Of a stretch of 64,000 bases of DNA, positions 59,829 to 64,000 are shown piece by piece; positions within the stretch are counted from its first letter, which is position 1, and every line of letters begins with the position of its first letter. A program made the position numbers and the translations under genes. The notes under the pieces were generated by a model. That model was not told the DNA's origin. It searched no databases and saw only the letters and a program-made list of their open reading frames with translations. Source of the stretch: an uncultured Bacteroidia bacterium (GTDB taxonomy: Bacteria; Bacteroidota; Bacteroidia; J057; JADKCL01); the NCBI GenBank assembly GCA_964352215.1, contig CAYGRE010000005.1, positions 18,527 to 82,526 of the forward strand. Reading direction: 5' to 3'.

Positions 59829-60078
59829 GGGCTTCTTTCGTAATCAAAGCTGTTTTTAACTCAGGCAAAAGATAGGCACATTCATCCTAAGCGCATACAC
59901 TTCGACCTTGGTCAGCCCACTCTATTTTACCTCACTAATAAACCCCAAGCCCATTATTAGTCAATTTAGCCACCTACCCACCACCCCGGTCAACCCCCTT
60001 CTTCTCTCAATCGTCTTTACGCCTTCTCTCTTCCCCTCTTAATTTTCGTGACAGATTTTTTTATCCAATGATAATTCC

Positions 60079-60822
60079 ATGAAACGATTGCAAGGTAAGG
60101 TGGCGATAGTCACAGGAGGCTCCCAGGGTATCGGAAAAGCCATTGTTGAACAGTTTGTGCGCGAAGGGGCCCGGGTTGCTATCTGGGACATTGATCTGGA
60201 AAAGGGCAAAGCAGTGCAAGAAGCCCTCGATCCCCAAGGAGACTTGACTAGGGTGTATGAGGTAAACGTTACGGATGCCGACCTGGTCACCTCCAAGATG
60301 GCTGAAACCCATGCCGACCTGGGTCGGATCGATATTCTGGTCAACAATGCTGGGATTACCAGCGATGCCTCCTTGAAGAAAATGTCCATGGAGCAATGGA
60401 ACAATGTCATCCAGGTCAATCTCAATGGGGTTTTCTATTGTGTCAAGGCGGTCTATCCGATTATGGCAGCTCAGGGTTCAGGCCGCATCATCAATGCCTC
60501 TTCGGTGGTGGGCATCCAGGGCAACTTTGGTCAGACCAATTATGTAGCGACCAAGGCCGGGGTGATCGGGATGACGAAGGTATGGTCCCGTGAATTTGGC
60601 CGGAAGGGTATTACTGTCAATGCAGTCGCACCGGGATTTATCAATACGGAAATGATTGCCACTGTTCCAGCGCCTGTTTTGGAAAATCTGAAGGGGAAGT
60701 CTTCGCTGAACCGCCTGGGTGAGGTGGAGGAAGTGGCAGCGGTCTATACTTTCCTGGCATCTGATGAGGCCGCTTTTATCACTGGCACGACCATCAGTGT
60801 AGATGGTGGGATTTCGATCTAA
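60079..60822 (+). CDS. classical short-chain dehydrogenase/reductase, FabG-like 3-oxoacyl reductase
   Basis: TGGSQGIGKA, NNAGI, SSVVG...NYVATKAG (YxxxK), PGFINT. Confidence 0.9.
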   Translation: MKRLQGKVAIVTGGSQGIGKAIVEQFVREGARVAIWDIDLEKGKAVQEALDPQGDLTRVYEVNVTDADLVTSKMAETHADLGRIDILVNNAGITSDASLKKMSMEQWNNVIQVNLNGVFYCVKAVYPIMAAQGSGRIINASSVVGIQGNFGQTNYVATKAGVIGMTKVWSREFGRKGITVNAVAPGFINTEMIATVPAPVLENLKGKSSLNRLGEVEEVAAVYTFLASDEAAFITGTTISVDGGISI

Positions 60823-60872
60823 GTCCAAAATCAATTAGTTTATGCACTGAGTCCGGCCAACCCTTCCATCTT

Positions 60873-62246
60873 ATGCGCAAGCGCCTCAATGCATTCTCTG
60901 AATTCGCAAAGACTATCCTCCCCAATGAGATTGATTTTCTGATTGCCTCCAATCAGTTACAGGACGAAGATCGTTTGGCCATTCTGGAGCGGATTAGAAG
61001 TAATATCTCTCAGCATCCTCCGGAAGAAGCCTACGATCTCTCCATTGATAAACGTACTTATTCTCATTTAAAGAACTGGATCGTCAAGCAGCTTTGCCGC
61101 AATGATGTTGATGAATTCTACCATTGGATATCTGAAATCGATGTTAAGATCGTCCACGACAGCATTTCGCCTGAAGAGGAACGAAAGTTCCTGAAGTTGA
61201 TCCAGGAATATGAAGCGCCAGGATTTTATTTTACCCGTCTTTTTGAGGTCTTACAACACTACAGCAATTTTCTTCTGATTCGTCTCCGGTACAAGGACCA
61301 TCAAATTGTGGACGACCTGTTGAACAGCTCCCGGGAAGCTTATTTGCGGCACAAGGGGATTGAAGAAAAATTGCGGGAAGCCAGTACTGATATCGTAAAG
61401 AAGTACAATCAACGTGGCGGACTCCCAAAGTGGAAGGGCTGGCTTTCGGATATTTTTGAAGATGAATCGGTACAAGGATATTTTCGGTACCAAGCCCTGA
61501 TCCGCTTACACTTCATGGACCTCCATGCTGAGGACAATTCCGAACTGCTGGACCAATATGCTGTTATGGGGCGGTATTTTTCCCAAGGCAAATTTTACTC
61601 CAAACGGCTATTGGTCAACTACTATCACAATCTGATGCTGTTGCACCACAAAAACCGCCAGTATGAGGAGGCGCTGCAATATGGCTATCTGTCTACCCGG
61701 GTCGCTACCCATGACTTCCTGCTGCATGTCAACAACCTTTGTGATGTTCTGGTCCATCTCAAGCGCTATGAAGAAGGCTTGAAGCTCCTGCGTTCGGCAA
61801 GTAAAGAGGCCCGCAACACCAATAACTTTTTCAACCGGGTCGGCTATGTCTCTTCAATGATGCGGTGCCTGATCGGTACGGGGAATCCTGCCTCTGCAGT
61901 CAGTTATGGTAGTAGTTTTCTCGGAGTCTATAAAAAGGAGATTATGAAGTACCGTTGGTTCAGGTTCTTTTATACTTTTTTGGAGGCTTTGGTCAGGGCG
62001 GGCGAGTTCAAGGAGGTCATCCGGGTCGGCAAGAAGCACCGCTTACTGGAGTTGGAAGCCAAAGAGGTTTCAGACCAAGATGGTTATGGCAAACTGACCA
62101 TTCTTACCCAACTCGCCAACTATCTTGCTGGGGAACTTGACAGGCAGGAATTTGAAATTTATTTGACGGGGCTCGAGACTGGCCTTCGGGAGGAATTGCT
62201 TGAAGGGAAGCTACCTTTGGGCCCTTTTCTTATCCCCAATTACTGA
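60873..62246 (+). CDS. hypothetical all-helical (TPR-like) protein
   Basis: 457-aa ORF starting at ATG. Repeated helical hairpin-like segments (YEEALQYGYLS..., YEEGLKLLRSA...). Confidence 0.65.
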   Translation: MRKRLNAFSEFAKTILPNEIDFLIASNQLQDEDRLAILERIRSNISQHPPEEAYDLSIDKRTYSHLKNWIVKQLCRNDVDEFYHWISEIDVKIVHDSISPEEERKFLKLIQEYEAPGFYFTRLFEVLQHYSNFLLIRLRYKDHQIVDDLLNSSREAYLRHKGIEEKLREASTDIVKKYNQRGGLPKWKGWLSDIFEDESVQGYFRYQALIRLHFMDLHAEDNSELLDQYAVMGRYFSQGKFYSKRLLVNYYHNLMLLHHKNRQYEEALQYGYLSTRVATHDFLLHVNNLCDVLVHLKRYEEGLKLLRSASKEARNTNNFFNRVGYVSSMMRCLIGTGNPASAVSYGSSFLGVYKKEIMKYRWFRFFYTFLEALVRAGEFKEVIRVGKKHRLLELEAKEVSDQDGYGKLTILTQLANYLAGELDRQEFEIYLTGLETGLREELLEGKLPLGPFLIPNY

Positions 62247-62330
62247 ATCATTTAGCAGTTAATCTTCAGACTTAGGGCCGGGATACATGGACGTCAGTAG
62301 CATGATTCCTTTTGCAAGGAATTCCTTCCA

Positions 62331-62367
62331 CGAAAAATGCCTCCAGTAGGGATTACTGAAGGCATTT
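62331..62367 (-). terminator. candidate intrinsic terminator of 62395..63462
   Basis: On the minus strand AAUGCCU...AGGCAUU (7-bp stem, plus-strand positions 62336-62342 / 62360-62366) followed by UUUUCG. Confidence 0.5.
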
Positions 62368-62394
62368 AATAACTGAAGAAGCTGTCTGGTCGGC

Positions 62395-63462
62395 TTACTT
62401 CTTCATCTTTAGTCTCACCATGTACTTATCTGTATCCATGTCTTGTTGGGTAAACAGATAAAACTTGAGACTTCCTTTTTCATAGAAGTGGAGACCACTG
62501 TCTTCGTAGACTTTGTACCCGGTCTTGCTGCTGAAACAGGTCAGCTTTGACTTGATAAACTCCAATTCTGCCTGCGCATCTGACTTCTGGTAGAACATCT
62601 TAGAATCCAGCATCAACTCTTTTTTGTTGGGGTCGAAGAGGTTGGGCATTAAGCGTCCAGTTACAAAGAGGGGCGGGGTTTCGGTGGTGAAGAAAACATC
62701 TTCTTCTTCCATTTCGGTCTCTTCGGGATCCAGGTTGCCCTTGATGGAAGCAAAATTGGATGATGCCATCCCCATATACTTTTTGAGGGGAGCACAAAGG
62801 TCGGCAGTGGCCCGCTCGGCTGCTTCTGCTTCTGCTTTTGCTTTGGCGGCAGCTTCCCGTTCCGCAGCCGCTTTCTCAGCAGCCGCCTTTTTCTCAGCAG
62901 CAATACGTGCCTTCTCGGCTTCTGCAGCTTCCCTTTCCGCTTCAATCTTGTCTTTCTTGGCCTGGTTCCAGGCAGGGACCATGGCTACCCATTCAGACAA
63001 TGAAAATGATTCGGCATTTGCTTCGGCTTCATCTTTGAGTGTTTTCCACTTGGACTGCGGGGGACCCATGGCCATGATTTCTATAATCTCATCCTGAGAT
63101 TCAGAAAGGTTGTAGATATCGATGACGTTGTCGGGACGCATCACCAGGAAGTCTTCAATAGGAGTGATAAAATAACCATCCGAAGTCTGAGCAAAGACAT
63201 TGTCTTTGAGGCGCTCGTAGTTATACTTACTCATATAACGACTGCCTTTGTCCTGCCAATCCACTCCCATCTCCAGCAAATCTGCCTCTGATTTATAAAT
63301 GGCTGTTTTGACACGGTAAGGCGAAGGTGGCAAGGTAGATTTATCAACCAGCTTCTTGGTCAAACGGTACTCTCCTTCTGGTGGAGGATTGAGGGTTTGA
63401 GCAGTTAGGAAACCAAAGCTGACAGCAGCTACCAACAGATAACAAACAAGGTATTTTTTCAT
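62395..63462 (-). CDS. secreted hypothetical protein with Ala/Glu/Lys-rich coiled-coil segment
   Basis: Preferred start ATG 63462 (MKKYLVCYLLVAAVSFGFLTAQT). EREAAEAEKARIAAEKKAAAEKAAAEREAAAKAKAEAEAAERA. Confidence 0.7.
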   Translation of the reverse strand: MKKYLVCYLLVAAVSFGFLTAQTLNPPPEGEYRLTKKLVDKSTLPPSPYRVKTAIYKSEADLLEMGVDWQDKGSRYMSKYNYERLKDNVFAQTSDGYFITPIEDFLVMRPDNVIDIYNLSESQDEIIEIMAMGPPQSKWKTLKDEAEANAESFSLSEWVAMVPAWNQAKKDKIEAEREAAEAEKARIAAEKKAAAEKAAAEREAAAKAKAEAEAAERATADLCAPLKKYMGMASSNFASIKGNLDPEETEMEEEDVFFTTETPPLFVTGRLMPNLFDPNKKELMLDSKMFYQKSDAQAELEFIKSKLTCFSSKTGYKVYEDSGLHFYEKGSLKFYLFTQQDMDTDKYMVRLKMKK

Positions 63463-63660
63463 GTTTTCATAAAGTGTTTGACAATGGTCATGTGCGTTGA
63501 GCACCATTTCCCAAGATGGGGGAAGCAAAAGTACGAACTGAAGAATCTTCATACAAAAGGAATTCCCCCCTGTCGTGGTAAAAACTAAATCGATTTGATC
63601 TTTTGAATTGGCTTGCTTCAGGAATGTCAAACAGTGAAATCATATCTGTCTGGAACTGAG

Positions 63661-64000
63661 TTAAGTCCTGACCTCCTTCGGAGACATCCCATACTTGGCA
63701 GAAAATGCTTTGGAGAAATAGGATGCACTCGAAAATCCTACCTGGAATGCGACTTCACTGACGGAGCCGGCATTCTGCTCGAGTAGTTGATAGGCGTACT
63801 CCAAGCGGTAGTTTCGGATAAATTCTCCGGTTGACTGCCCGGTCAATGCCTTGACCTTGCGGTGCAGTTGGGTACGGCTCATGGCAAGTTGCTCCGCCAT
63901 GTCCTCGACGGATAGTTTTTCATTGCTGAGCTCTGCCTGCATCAACTCTTTGAGACGGATCAGGAACTGTTCCTCTATGGAAGTGGCTTCGGTTACGGTG
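63661..64000 (-). CDS. AraC-family transcriptional regulator, C-terminal HTH domain (N-terminus beyond right window edge)
   Basis: LSVEDMAEQLAMSRTQLHRKVKALTGQSTGEFIRNYRLEYAYQLL...VSEVAFQVGFSSASYFSKAFSAKYGMSPKE. The frame stays open to base 64000. Confidence 0.8.
   Translation of the reverse strand, partial: TVTEATSIEEQFLIRLKELMQAELSNEKLSVEDMAEQLAMSRTQLHRKVKALTGQSTGEFIRNYRLEYAYQLLEQNAGSVSEVAFQVGFSSASYFSKAFSAKYGMSPKEVRT

Noticed and set aside
51520-60822. OleABCD-type olefin/beta-lactone pathway (thiolase-fold + alpha/beta hydrolase + AMP-ligase + reductase).
   Set aside because: Only the enzyme superfamilies match. The reductase is a classical 247-aa FabG-type SDR rather than an OleD-type extended SDR. 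The thiolase-fold protein lacks the His/Asn that OleA retains. Transporter, OM-barrel and lipoprotein genes are interspersed. Kept only as a remark.

Overview
This 64-kb window reads like part of a Bacteroidota (Saprospiria/Cytophagia-type) chromosome. Several proteins end in T9SS Por_Secre_tail-type sorting domains and lipoprotein signal peptides are common. (1) Bases 1-23676 are the 5' part of one giant minus-strand ORF. It starts at 23676 and is still open at base 1, giving at least 7,892 codons. It is absent from the ORF track because it has no stop in the window. It contains about 43 SprB-type repeats, five malectin domains, two sugar-dehydrogenase-like beta-propellers, one Kelch beta-propeller, four copies of an unnamed ~170-aa 'DDAEQ' module, and LamG/PKD units. 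(2) 24.3-30.8 kb holds secreted and T9SS-cargo proteins and hydrolases. (3) About 30.9-50.4 kb is a lower-GC accessory island. It carries an AbiEi-like/Fic fusion, one intact and two decayed toxin-antitoxin pairs, and a metzincin-like lipoprotein protease operon. It also has two unlinked proteins sharing a His/Cys motif pair (DUF4347/clan-CD-like) and an unexplained 941-aa + 265-aa operon. Non-coding repeats are unusually dense here: a 17-bp promoter tandem array, a 79-nt dispersed element, a GC-rich palindromic cluster, and two 21-22-bp iteron-like arrays. (4) 50.4-64 kb is a lipid-type locus. It includes a class-2 lipase, an acyl-CoA ligase, two paralogous alpha/beta hydrolases, an OM barrel with a lipocalin-like lipoprotein, a KAS III homologue lacking the catalytic His/Asn, an SSF transporter and an SDR. 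Two hypotheticals and a partial AraC regulator follow. I recognised no rRNA, tRNA, CRISPR array, transposase or integrase. All calls rest on manual translation and motif recall; no database search or computation was possible, and sub-domain coordinates are approximate.
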